DNA from: a virus
Lineage: Duplodnaviria; Heunggongvirae; Uroviricota; Caudoviricetes
IMG/VR virus record: IMGVR_UViG_2721755711_000004
Direction: 5' to 3' (one strand)
Length of the DNA: 46,862 bases
Position numbers and translations under genes: made by a program
In this document: positions 32,881 to 41,180 of the stretch, in pieces
Layout of the letters: each line of letters starts with the position of its first letter
Position numbering within the stretch: position 1 is the first letter of the stretch
The notes under the pieces: model-generated
Seen by the model: the letters and a program-made list of their open reading frames with translations, nothing else
Databases searched by the model: none
What the model was told of the DNA's origin: nothing

Positions 32881-33930
32881 TTACGCCAGTACGCCAGTTG
32901 CCAGCGCGCGATCGATAAAACGAAATATCAGCTCCAGTTGGGAGCCATACTTCTCTTCAAATGCCACTGTATCCGTATGCAGCTCGTTGTGATGCTTTCT
33001 GCACAAAGGCAACACAAAGAGATCATGTGCTTTTGTTCCCATTCCGCCCTGCCCGTGACCAATCAGATGATGCGGATCGTCGGCTGGCATACCGCAGCAA
33101 GCACACGGCTGTGTCTTAACCCAACGTGTGTATTTCTCCTTAACCCAGCGGCGACGTTTAGGCAGCTTCATGAAAGATTCCGGAGACTCTGGATCAACGG
33201 TGATGCTTACCACCGTCTTTTCCTGTGGTGTTTTTTGTTGCTGGTGGGCGTAAGGCAACGGTGCAAGATTTTTTGTGCGTTGTTTCAATATGCTGGTGGC
33301 GGTCTGCTCTCCCGGTACGATGTCGCTTTCGCGGTACACCGAGCAGATTTTTTCCGCTGGTAATCCCAGCGAACGACGCGATACAGCCTCAGGTAGTACA
33401 TCCACCACCTGATTGCAGACCGCCCACCAGGATAATTCAGCCAAAGATAATTCCCGCTCCTGCGTACCGCTTATTGCGTGACGGATGACGTCAATCATCC
33501 ATGCTGACAAGTTTTGGTGAGCAAGTTGCTCAAGTGATTCGGAGGTCTGGTCACGCAACTGGTTGTCGCAGTACCAGCACAACACCATTGCGCCGGTACC
33601 ATAACGGTGAATGACGGTTTCACTGTGGTGATAATCGCCGTGTGGCCACTGGCAGGATTTAATATGGCGCAACAGCCAGTCAGACAATGCATCAGCACCA
33701 CCAGCAGCACGAATCACCCGTGCGTTACTGAAAAACGGCAGCAATGTTTTGTCTTCCACCAGCGGCTGGCGAACGGCAGGAACGACCCCGGACGGCAGAT
33801 TACGCATGCTTTTCGGTTCCGGCTCCACCAGTACCCGGGTATTGTGGAATACCGGCATGGATTCACGGCCCGGCTTAACGATCACCAGCCCGAGTTCCGG
33901 TACCAGAACAGGTCGAAGTAATACCCGCAC
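32881..33930 (-). CDS. ydfU: DUF968-type protein
   Basis: 349 aa with a C-terminal Cys/His cluster (CACCGMPADDPHHLIGHG...CRKHHNELH); upstream neighbour of Q as in Qin. Confidence 0.7.
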   Translation of the reverse strand: MRVLLRPVLVPELGLVIVKPGRESMPVFHNTRVLVEPEPKSMRNLPSGVVPAVRQPLVEDKTLLPFFSNARVIRAAGGADALSDWLLRHIKSCQWPHGDYHHSETVIHRYGTGAMVLCWYCDNQLRDQTSESLEQLAHQNLSAWMIDVIRHAISGTQERELSLAELSWWAVCNQVVDVLPEAVSRRSLGLPAEKICSVYRESDIVPGEQTATSILKQRTKNLAPLPYAHQQQKTPQEKTVVSITVDPESPESFMKLPKRRRWVKEKYTRWVKTQPCACCGMPADDPHHLIGHGQGGMGTKAHDLFVLPLCRKHHNELHTDTVAFEEKYGSQLELIFRFIDRALATGVLA

Positions 33931-33931
33931 G

Positions 33932-34210
33932 TTACCTCCAGATCCGTTGCTGGTATGTGCGGGATGAACGCGGTGGGCGTTCGGAGTAAGGGAGTCTGAC
34001 TGAGATTATCCAGTGACGGTAGTCGAGGCTAAGAGCTTTCTTAACCTCGTATCCGCGCCTGCGGTAACACTGAATTATCCATTCCGCCTGCTCTTCAGTG
34101 CATGGAGGATGCTGGAACCAGTCTGATTTGAATGCGTGAAAACGCCGTCCGCACCTACTGGCAAAGACGGCAGAATCATTAGAATTGTGTAATTTGGTAT
34201 CGTGCGCCAT
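33932..34210 (-). CDS. rem: Rem-like small protein
   Basis: ORF between hokD and ydfU; start placed at the internal Met (MAHDTKLHNS...). Confidence 0.5.
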   Translation of the reverse strand: MAHDTKLHNSNDSAVFASRCGRRFHAFKSDWFQHPPCTEEQAEWIIQCYRRRGYEVKKALSLDYRHWIISVRLPYSERPPRSSRTYQQRIWR

Positions 34211-34377
34211 CGGTTGTCTCTGCTGGCGCAGCAGGTGCCAGTTGTTCAGGCTGGCGTGCGAATTGTAAACCAGAATGCCAGGAAAAAACAAAACCCGCCG
34301 AAGCGGGTTACGTGCGGGTGCGTTGAGGATGCCTGACACATCAGAGGTGGCGAGGGATTTCTCCCCCGCCAGGTCTC

Positions 34378-34533
34378 TTACTCCTCAGGTTCGTAAGCTG
34401 TGAAGACAGCGACCTCCGTCTGGCCGGTTCGGATTCGTACCTCGCAGAGGTCTTTCCTCGTTACCAGTGCCGTCACTATGACGGTTAAACAGATGACGAT
34501 CAGGGCGATTAACATCGCCTTTTGCTGCTTCAT
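34378..34533 (-). CDS. hokD: Hok-family type I toxin
   Basis: 51 aa, MKQQKAMLIALIVICLTVIVTALVTRKDLCEVRIRTGQTEVAVFTAYEPEE; the track ORF extends upstream in frame to 34590. Confidence 0.85.
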   Translation of the reverse strand: MKQQKAMLIALIVICLTVIVTALVTRKDLCEVRIRTGQTEVAVFTAYEPEE

Positions 34534-35200
34534 AGCCTGCTTCTCCTTGCCTTTCGGCACGTAAGAGGCTAACCTAGATTTGCCGTTCATAGATTGAGCC
34601 TCAGATTAATGTTAAGCGTCTTGCAGGACGCGTAATGTTAACTGGGGCTTTTCTCTATCTGCCTTTGGTGTTCATGCCTGAGACAGATAGCCTCAAGCAC
34701 CCGCAGCCATTCTACTTAACTCCCGTTACCTCGCCAATATGAAATCAGTCAGAAAGGCGATCCATAAGAACAACAGCAAGGCAATAAATTGCCATTACAG
34801 CAGCAATAGCCAGCGCACATTTGAGAACCAGCACCACAACCTCCTGTATTGGACGTACACCAGTCCTGATAAATATGAGGCTGTCTCGTCAGTGATTCAA
34901 TACAACTATTGGGTATAGTTTCTGTGATTTTGTTCTGTAGAAATGGAACATAATAACCTGTCACCACCAGCACTTCTTTAAATACGCCAAGTCCGACGCA
35001 AGCTAACCTTCTAGCCCGCTTTGAGCGAAGAACGGACTGAGTAATTCAGGCCGTTAGCGACACTATGACATCATTAGCAACCAACTAGGAGTTGGTAATA
35101 GATGAGTTAATTAATTGATTAAAAACCGACGATTTTACTAGATTACGGGAAGAAGAAAGGCCGCTGGTACGGCCTCCCAGAGACTAGTCTATTGTTATGC

Positions 35201-35398
35201 TTAGAAACGCTTTTCTATCTCTTTTTCTCTTTCGTTTATTGCATCGTCAATGATTTTTTTTGCTGAATTAATTTGTGGTGTTTTTTCTGGTAATACATCT
35301 TCAAGATCTTTGGCAATTTTCTTTAATTTATCGATTTCTTTAGTTAAATCAGTTACAGATTTATCCGCTATTGACTTTGTCATTTTTCCATATTCCAT
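35201..35398 (-). CDS. hypothetical small charged (coiled-coil-like) protein
   Basis: 60-65-aa ORF in very AT-rich DNA, Lys/Glu/Asp rich, followed by a hairpin (AGGCCG...CGGCCT) on the minus strand. Confidence 0.35.
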   Translation of the reverse strand: MEYGKMTKSIADKSVTDLTKEIDKLKKIAKDLEDVLPEKTPQINSAKKIIDDAINEREKEIEKRF

Positions 35399-35592
35399 TC
35401 AATTTATTTATCAATCAGTTACCCGTAAACCTTATCATGGATTCCAATTATCGACAGCTGGGATTTTTACTTTCTTGATCTGCCCCAGGCGAATGACATA
35501 TCCCCATTAACCAATGTCCGCTCCTAGCACTTAGTAGACATTAATAGATTGTAAGCGTTCCCGTCATGTAGCGGTCACCGATTGGTGATGAA

Positions 35593-35952
35593 TTGAAGCG
35601 GATCATTGATGAAAGTCGCAATAACGTGGCCAGCCCATTTATCGTTCACCAGATCCCGGAACGGCAGGTTAAACGCAGCAAAGAAGTTTCTCATCCCACT
35701 CAAGTTGCACCAGACTATTTGAGTCGGTCGTTTTCAGCTACGCGTGACAAGCTGGGTTTATATGACAAACGGCCGATGGATGAAAGGCCAACCTTTCACG
35801 AAATTCGCGCCTTAGCAGCACATCTTTTTGATCAGCAGGGCATCGATCCACAAGGACGAATGGCACACAGCGATGCGAAATCAACTAAAATCTACACGCA
35901 AAACCATATCGACTGGGTTGTAGTTCCACATGGAGAAATTAAAGCCAGCTAG
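35593..35952 (+). pseudogene. tyrosine integrase C-terminal fragment (remnant, intK-like position)
   Basis: 119 aa containing catalytic-domain motifs (HEIRALAAHLF...GRMAHSDAKSTKIYT) but lacking the N-terminal two-thirds of an integrase. Confidence 0.6.
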
Positions 35953-36039
35953 CACCAAGTAAGGCATAGAATTTTATTAACCAAGGAGCATATGACCAGT
36001 AATTAATTCTTACCGGAAAGTTAGCCCTGCTAAAATTAA

Positions 36040-36086
36040 TATTAACAAATAAAAAAATAGGGGCAAATATTTATATTTGCCCTCGC
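36040..36086 (-). terminator. rho-independent terminator downstream of the NTase/2-TM operon
   Basis: Hairpin GGGCAAATAT-TTAT-ATTTGCCC followed on the minus strand by a run of seven T. Confidence 0.5.
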
Positions 36087-36093
36087 AACATAT

Positions 36094-36676
36094 TTATCTT
36101 CTTTTCAGTTCCTTGGGAAGAAAAGCATCTATTTCTTCTTCAGAAAATGTTAAATCTTCTTTGTTTTTTAATGCGTCCTGTGCTTTTTTATAAGCTTCAA
36201 ATGTTGTACTAGGAGAGCCTGAATACACTGAATGTAAACTCTCGAGTAACGAATCCCGCTCTGACTGCAATTGCTCGATTGGTTTTTCACCCATTGCTAA
36301 GTCTGTAAGCAATGATAAATACTTTTCTCGGATTAACCAGATCTCATTTGCAGCCTGCTTATGTTTTTGCGCCAACTCACCAAGGTCATAATCTTTGGTA
36401 TAAGCGTTAAGAATGAGAAGCAGTGTTGATACAACAATCCCAACCCCCGTGCCTACTTCACCCGCGCCGAAAAAAGTTGCTAGAAAGCCTCCAGTAGTTA
36501 AGGCGGAGAGAATTATTTGCCAAAACTTTATAGAAGATAGTCGAGATAGGAGAATGTCTGAGCATTTTTCATGCGTCTTATGTGAGTAAACGACCCGACC
36601 ATAACACTCTCTGATCTGCCCTTCTAAAACCCTTCTAGATTCAGGTGTATCCTTAGTCTGGAAATGTTGATCCATA
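36094..36676 (-). CDS. two-TM membrane protein, SLATT-like predicted effector
   Basis: About 194 aa from MDQHFQTKD... (GGGAG RBS 5 nt upstream); two adjacent hydrophobic helices (FWQIILSALTTGGFLATFF and GVGIVVSTLLLILNAY) followed by a helical C-terminal region. Overlaps the upstream NTase gene by 24 nt. Confidence 0.6.
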
Positions 36677-37534
36677 AATCTCCCGCCATTTTTGCTTAGC
36701 CGACCATTCGCGTTTTGGGGTCGCCATTTCATGCTCTATAGCTTCGAGTGAAATGTTATAGCACCGTTTTGCTTTATATTGGAAAAGCCCTTTACCATAG
36801 ACATACTGACCACTTCCTGGCGCTTTCCAATACTCCTTACTCGTATCTTGATCAGCCATCCATTTGAAGAAATCACGACTCATGAAATCGTAGTAAAGAT
36901 ACGACTTATCTCTATGCGCCCAATTTTCAATGAATTGATACGCAAGCGTATCAATGAGTAAACCACTTACAGGTACATCCCATTTACGCTTCCAAGCTCT
37001 TGCCATTCTACAAAGTTGCACCAAATTGTTATTGGTAATGTTATTTCTTAACCTCATTGCAGAAATTTCTGGCTTTGGATTTGTAATCCTCCAACGGCCA
37101 CCACCGTTCGCATCAGGAAATGTGTAACTATCACTAACATTGAGGAAAGCTGGAACGACTTCAAATGTAATTCCATCATTGAACGGTACAAGGATCACTT
37201 GACCGTCACCTCTAATACTAGTGGTAGCATAGGTTTTTTCAATAGATCTCTTAACCGCTTGAAGCAATGCTGACTGCCCATTTCCTAAGTAGCTATTGTA
37301 TTTTTGATACTCGGAATATGGTAGCTGAAAAATCATATCCAGATCGCTCAAGCCTTGCGTAGCTGTGTTCCGACCATATGATCCAACGTAGAGACTATGA
37401 GAAGTATCAGAACTGCTATCCCAAAAATCCGTATTTAAACGCTTCGTTATATTCCTATATCTAGTTGAAATTGTTCCACCATCTTTTACAGTAAGATTGG
37501 AGCAAAATCCGCAAAACCACTCAGCTAAACCCAT
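36653..37534 (-). CDS. minimal nucleotidyltransferase (pol-beta superfamily; CD-NTase/SMODS-like)
   Basis: About 293 aa; motifs GSYGRNTATQGLSDLDMIF (GS...DxD) and ITFEVVPAF (third acidic residue on hxhEhhP). ATG at 37534 with AAGGAA upstream; the track ORF starts at a TTG two codons earlier. Confidence 0.65.
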   Translation of the reverse strand: MGLAEWFCGFCSNLTVKDGGTISTRYRNITKRLNTDFWDSSSDTSHSLYVGSYGRNTATQGLSDLDMIFQLPYSEYQKYNSYLGNGQSALLQAVKRSIEKTYATTSIRGDGQVILVPFNDGITFEVVPAFLNVSDSYTFPDANGGGRWRITNPKPEISAMRLRNNITNNNLVQLCRMARAWKRKWDVPVSGLLIDTLAYQFIENWAHRDKSYLYYDFMSRDFFKWMADQDTSKEYWKAPGSGQYVYGKGLFQYKAKRCYNISLEAIEHEMATPKREWSAKQKWREIYGSTFPD

Positions 37535-37847
37535 GCTCAATTCCTTTTCTAAAATCTAATGAAAAATTCAAGGGCGCATGTTCCATGCATCATTGATAAC
37601 TTTTTTCAGTCAGCTAGAGCAACATAATTGATACTAACTAGCTGTTTCTTCAAGTGAGTAACCTACTTTAGCATCAAGGTATTATACCTACCAAGCATGG
37701 GGAGAAACCACCACTTAAGCCATTGAAGTATATAGAGCAGATTTTGTTGAAAAAGCACTGTTTGTTTATACATATGAATAGTGCTTTTAACCAGCAATAG
37801 CGCGGCTCTCAGCGTTTTACAAGCAGTGTCATGGGGTGTCGGGGATC

Positions 37848-37876
37848 GGAAGTTCAAATCCTCTCGTGCCGACCCA
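37848..37876 (+). other. tRNA-like 3' fragment (T-arm-like GTTCAAATCC plus acceptor-like stretch ending CCCA)
   Basis: ggaaGTTCAAATCCtctcgtgccgaCCCA resembles a tRNA T-loop and 3' acceptor end, but no matching 5' half or D-arm is present upstream. Confidence 0.25.
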
Positions 37877-37888
37877 AAAGATTATATA

Positions 37889-37916
37889 AACCAGCCTGTT
37901 ATTGCTGGTTTTTTAT
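37889..37916 (+). terminator. rho-independent terminator-like hairpin
   Basis: AACCAGC-CTGTTATT-GCTGGTT followed by TTTTT, immediately after the tRNA-like fragment. Confidence 0.45.
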
Positions 37917-38101
37917 GCCTACCTTCCTGGTAGGGAAGCTATGGGGAATTACTGGGGAATCCCCCCTTTACCTGCTCCCATTAAACTAACATAGCACGAT
38001 GTAAGCAACTTCCGCTTCTGGCACAAAGCGGACAACCACGCTAGCTCTACCCTGTGCCACAAAATGTCAATTTACATCTGAACTAATGCACTTTAATCTC
38101 G

Positions 38102-38524
38102 TCACTTCAAAAAATACCGAACATCCCCCTGATAAAACGACAATATCCGCTGCATAACTTCGCTTTTACGACACTCAGTACAAATTATATTATGACGCCT
38201 GTCGTAACGACGTATTTCTCCATCAGGTAATGACCAGATAAGGTCCGGATCAACCGCAGATGGTTTCTTCAGCTTTGCCCTTGAGAGCTTTTTACGGGCA
38301 TTTTGCCAGTCCTTACGCGCCTGTTCAGACGGGAATAACCCGTAACCAGAGTTGTATACATCGCCACTGGCAACCAGCTCTCTGGCCAGAACGCTCATCA
38401 GATATCTTGTTGCCCCAGTTTTAGCTTCCAGTTGTCGTAACGTCTCGCGCCCACTCTGGCGTACGAGTTCAAGAACCTGCCCTTTAATTTTTTCCCGCTC
38501 TTCTTGTGTAAAAACTTTTGCCAC
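38102..38524 (-). CDS. hypothetical protein
   Basis: 140-aa ORF downstream of the O-like gene, with a C-terminal CTEC motif; no recognisable family from sequence alone. Confidence 0.5.
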   Translation of the reverse strand: MAKVFTQEEREKIKGQVLELVRQSGRETLRQLEAKTGATRYLMSVLARELVASGDVYNSGYGLFPSEQARKDWQNARKKLSRAKLKKPSAVDPDLIWSLPDGEIRRYDRRHNIICTECRKSEVMQRILSFYQGDVRYFLK

Positions 38525-38564
38525 AAGCCCTCCTGAAAATTACCTCATGACCAGAAATACACAC

Positions 38565-39641
38565 TTACCCCCTGAAGCCCGGTGGAATTTCGGTATCCGG
38601 TTCAGAAATATGATTCACACAACGCTGGTTGTTCGTACCGCTTACCGGGAGCAACCAGGGGTTTTCAAAATTCCGGTCCGGTCCAAAAAACGTCGTCGCT
38701 CGCTGAACAAATTCCGTTCCCGTTTTCCCGGTAGCCGCCAGGTATCTTGCGTAACGCCTCACACCATCCAGCATGGCCTCTGGTGGCACCCCCTCGCGTA
38801 ATCTGGCCTTCCAGGCACTGAAAGCGGATTTCTTCGGGTTTGCCCCAGCACGCAACGGGTATTCCCGCCAGACCTGTTCGAACACATCCGGATAATCTAC
38901 TCGCCCCACAGGCTGCCCGGTGTTTTCCGGGACTACCCGATCGGCTTCCCGCTGAATGGCGGAATCGGCTTCAGGCTGCTGCAGTTGGTGTGATTGCTCC
39001 GGCCTTGCGGTCATCACCTGCTGCACAGCGCCCGAATCGGCTTTCAGCGCATACGCTGAATCGGCTTCCGGTGTCGTGCCTGCTGGCTGACCAGGATTGA
39101 CGGTCTGAACATCCCCTGCCTGGTTCGTGGCGTTTTTTACGCCATGGACCATAGTGTTTTGATCTTCTTGATCTGTATCTTTATCTGTATCTTTATCTGT
39201 CGTGACTCGTCGTGACATGTGCGTGACATTTCGTGACGCGCCGTGACAATCGCCATTTTGTTCCCGCTTTCTTTCCCTCTCTCGCTGCGCCCTCTTGCGC
39301 TCTGCAGGAGATTTTGCGGTTTGCGAAATATTGCCGTTGTCCTCTTTAAGCACCTGGCGTTTTTCCCATCCAGTGATTAAATCACCATCAAGTACCCGCC
39401 CCTGCATCGTCTGCAAAATTGAATCAATTATCTCTTCTGTCACGTCGAGCGCACTTGCCAAATCTTCTGTCGTGACATCAATGTGACCTCGCGTGACATT
39501 GCGTGACGCGCTCACCAGGAGGTGGATATACACTGCCATCACTGTTGCAATTGGCTGCCCTGACACCCTGGCAATTGTTCGCCACTTAGGGTCATTTGGC
39601 ATGTCATGCCATAATCTGAGCCAGGCGTTAGCCATACTCAC
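38565..39641 (-). CDS. replication initiator, lambda O-like (contains the origin iterons)
   Basis: 358 aa with an N-terminal DNA-binding-like region; two clusters of GTGAC iterons and an AT-rich repeat lie inside the coding sequence, as for ori-lambda within O. Confidence 0.7.
   Translation of the reverse strand: MSMANAWLRLWHDMPNDPKWRTIARVSGQPIATVMAVYIHLLVSASRNVTRGHIDVTTEDLASALDVTEEIIDSILQTMQGRVLDGDLITGWEKRQVLKEDNGNISQTAKSPAERKRAQRERERKREQNGDCHGASRNVTHMSRRVTTDKDTDKDTDQEDQNTMVHGVKNATNQAGDVQTVNPGQPAGTTPEADSAYALKADSGAVQQVMTARPEQSHQLQQPEADSAIQREADRVVPENTGQPVGRVDYPDVFEQVWREYPLRAGANPKKSAFSAWKARLREGVPPEAMLDGVRRYARYLAATGKTGTEFVQRATTFFGPDRNFENPWLLPVSGTNNQRCVNHISEPDTEIPPGFRG
39201..39247. repeat. iteron array A: five direct CGTGAC repeats at 10-11 bp spacing
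   Basis: CGTGAC at 39201, 39211, 39222, 39232 and 39242; preceded by a three-fold ATCTGTATCTTT repeat (39165-39200). Confidence 0.6.
39441..39507. repeat. iteron array B: direct GTGAC repeats plus one inverted copy
   Basis: GTCACG (inverted) at 39441; CGTGAC at 39471, 39492 and 39502; GTGAC at 39483. Confidence 0.55.
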
Positions 39642-39706
39642 CTCTTCTGATACCGAATCTTTTTACTCACGAGTTGCCGGAAGCGATTCGATATGGCTAT
39701 TGTCAG

Positions 39707-40132
39707 TCAATGTACTGCCACAGCATTTCCTGCCGGGCCACCACGGTTCATCTGATTGAAACCGGCGATTGCCACTGCGACAAAATCATCAGCGTCTCTC
39801 ACCAGTCGCTCCCGCGTCTCCACCAGCTCCCGAAAATAAGCTGAACTGTGGCTGCGCATTCTGGCCACCAGCAAAGGTGGCATTGCCTTTTCGATCGCTG
39901 GTAACAACGCCTGAATTTTTTCAACTGCATCAGGGGTGTCTTTCTCTATCCAGCGGAAAATTTTCTGGGTATTGCGAGCCAGGGCTTCCGGATGGCTGTC
40001 GTCGTACAGTTCAGGAAACGTCATACCCAACTCAAAATAAGCCTGGGTTATTCCAGCTGCCGGAACTTTTTCGCCATCAGGACGCGCCCAGGCATTCATC
40101 GCCATGCGGATGTGTTCATGCTTGATTTTCAT
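39707..40132 (-). CDS. YdaT-like regulator/toxin-family protein
   Basis: 141 aa beginning MKIKHEHI..., resembling Rac YdaT as recalled; lies between the Cro-like and O-like genes. Confidence 0.65.
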   Translation of the reverse strand: MKIKHEHIRMAMNAWARPDGEKVPAAGITQAYFELGMTFPELYDDSHPEALARNTQKIFRWIEKDTPDAVEKIQALLPAIEKAMPPLLVARMRSHSSAYFRELVETRERLVRDADDFVAVAIAGFNQMNRGGPAGNAVAVH

Positions 40133-40383
40133 GAATCAACTCCCATCAGCTTTTTCGTAGTAGTTTTATTCCTGCCAATAGTTAAAATTGCATCGGCAGA
40201 AAATAATCCGTTTGATGCAAGAGCGATTTTTTCAGCGTAATTTGTTTCGCCGGTATATTCTGTGCGAGGCAATTTTCCGTTATCCATCCATTTATAGATT
40301 GCTCTTTGGCTGACACCACAAACGTCGGCCACAACAGCAACGCGAACAGTTTTGATTACATCTTCAAGTGTTTTCTGGTTCAT
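40129..40383 (-). CDS. Cro-like HTH regulator
   Basis: 84 aa from MNQKTLEDVIKT... with an HTH (CGVSQRAIYKWM); GAGG RBS; divergent from the repressor gene. Confidence 0.65.
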   Translation of the reverse strand: MNQKTLEDVIKTVRVAVVADVCGVSQRAIYKWMDNGKLPRTEYTGETNYAEKIALASNGLFSADAILTIGRNKTTTKKLMGVDS

Positions 40384-40462
40384 ATCACCCTCACAATGTG
40401 AACTTTGAGTACATGCTATAACAGAACTGACAGTACATTCAAGAGCGAATATCATTGAACTT
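40384..40462. promoter_or_regulatory. divergent promoter/operator region of the immunity switch
   Basis: 79-bp intergenic region between divergently oriented HTH regulator genes; contains GTACA-containing partial dyads. Confidence 0.4.
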
Positions 40463-40882
40463 ATGGTTCATGAAGATAAAGCGCGTAAAGAGTTCGCCAG
40501 TAGGCTTGCGCTAGCCTGTGAAAACGCTGGTTATGAACAACATGGAAGGCAGGCAGAAATTGCCCGTCGAATGAAATTAACACCAAAAGCGGTTAGCAAA
40601 TGGTTTAATGGCGAAACAATTCCTCGCCGGGAGAAATTAAGGGAATTAGCAACACTAATAGGAACAACACCAACCTATCTTTTGGGAGAGGATACAGAAG
40701 AAAGTGGACAGGTACGTTTCTATCAGGAGTTAAATCCAAGACAAAAAATCATCATTGACCTTCTGGACGAGCTCCCTGACAGTGAGACAGATGAACTTTT
40801 AAAAACTCTTGAAGAGAAAAAACAGAAGTACAATGCAATTTACGAAGAGTTAGCACGAAAGAAAAAACAAAAAGCCTCTTAA
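40463..40882 (+). CDS. CI-like repressor (HTH_XRE N-terminal domain)
   Basis: 139 aa with an HTH (QAEIARRMKLTPKAVSKWFNGETIP) and a charged C-terminal domain. Confidence 0.7.
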   Translation: MVHEDKARKEFASRLALACENAGYEQHGRQAEIARRMKLTPKAVSKWFNGETIPRREKLRELATLIGTTPTYLLGEDTEESGQVRFYQELNPRQKIIIDLLDELPDSETDELLKTLEEKKQKYNAIYEELARKKKQKAS

Positions 40883-41180
40883 ACCAGCATAAATCCGGTA
40901 GCGCCTTCCTCCGGGTTTGTGCTTCACTTTATCCCATCTCATTTTTTTTACACACAAAATGTACTAAAAGTACTTTACAACAATGAACGCAAAGTACATT
41001 ATATACCTGCCACCCACCCCGCCCCACAGAATGCAGGGCAATACTTCGAGTTACCAGGCAGTGGTCAGGGGTTAAGTAGCCAGCCCGAGGCGTAAGAACA
41101 TGACGGCAGGGTTCAACTTTAATAACTATGCAGCAGGTTTTTGTTCCGCTACCCCGGCGTTAAGGGGAAATGAGGTCAGC

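Noticed and set aside
34739-34973. Overlapping small ORFs: a minus-strand 74-aa ORF with a Cys/Gly-rich tail and a plus-strand 59-aa ORF
   Set aside because: They overlap each other on opposite strands in AT-rich DNA, neither has a convincing RBS, and the Cys-rich tail could be a chance translation of GCA/GCC-rich sequence. The coding strand, if any, cannot be decided from sequence alone.
34591-35200. Expected relE/relB toxin-antitoxin genes upstream of hokD
   Set aside because: No ORF in any frame resembles RelE (about 95 aa, basic) or RelB here, so the pair is considered absent rather than missed.
37663-37857. 64-aa minus-strand ORF upstream of the NTase gene
   Set aside because: It lies in the AT-rich promoter region of the operon, lacks an RBS and overlaps the tRNA-like fragment; likely spurious.
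37796-37876. Possible complete tRNA gene ending at the CCA-like sequence
   Set aside because: Only a T-arm-like and acceptor-like 3' segment is recognisable. No complementary 5' acceptor strand, D-arm or anticodon arm could be folded from the upstream 70 nt, so it is reported only as a fragment.
39160-39510. Short direct repeats that might suggest a CRISPR array
   Set aside because: The repeat units are only 6-7 bp at helical spacing and lie inside a protein-coding gene. There are no 25-40 bp repeats with unique spacers anywhere in the window, so these are origin iterons, not CRISPR.
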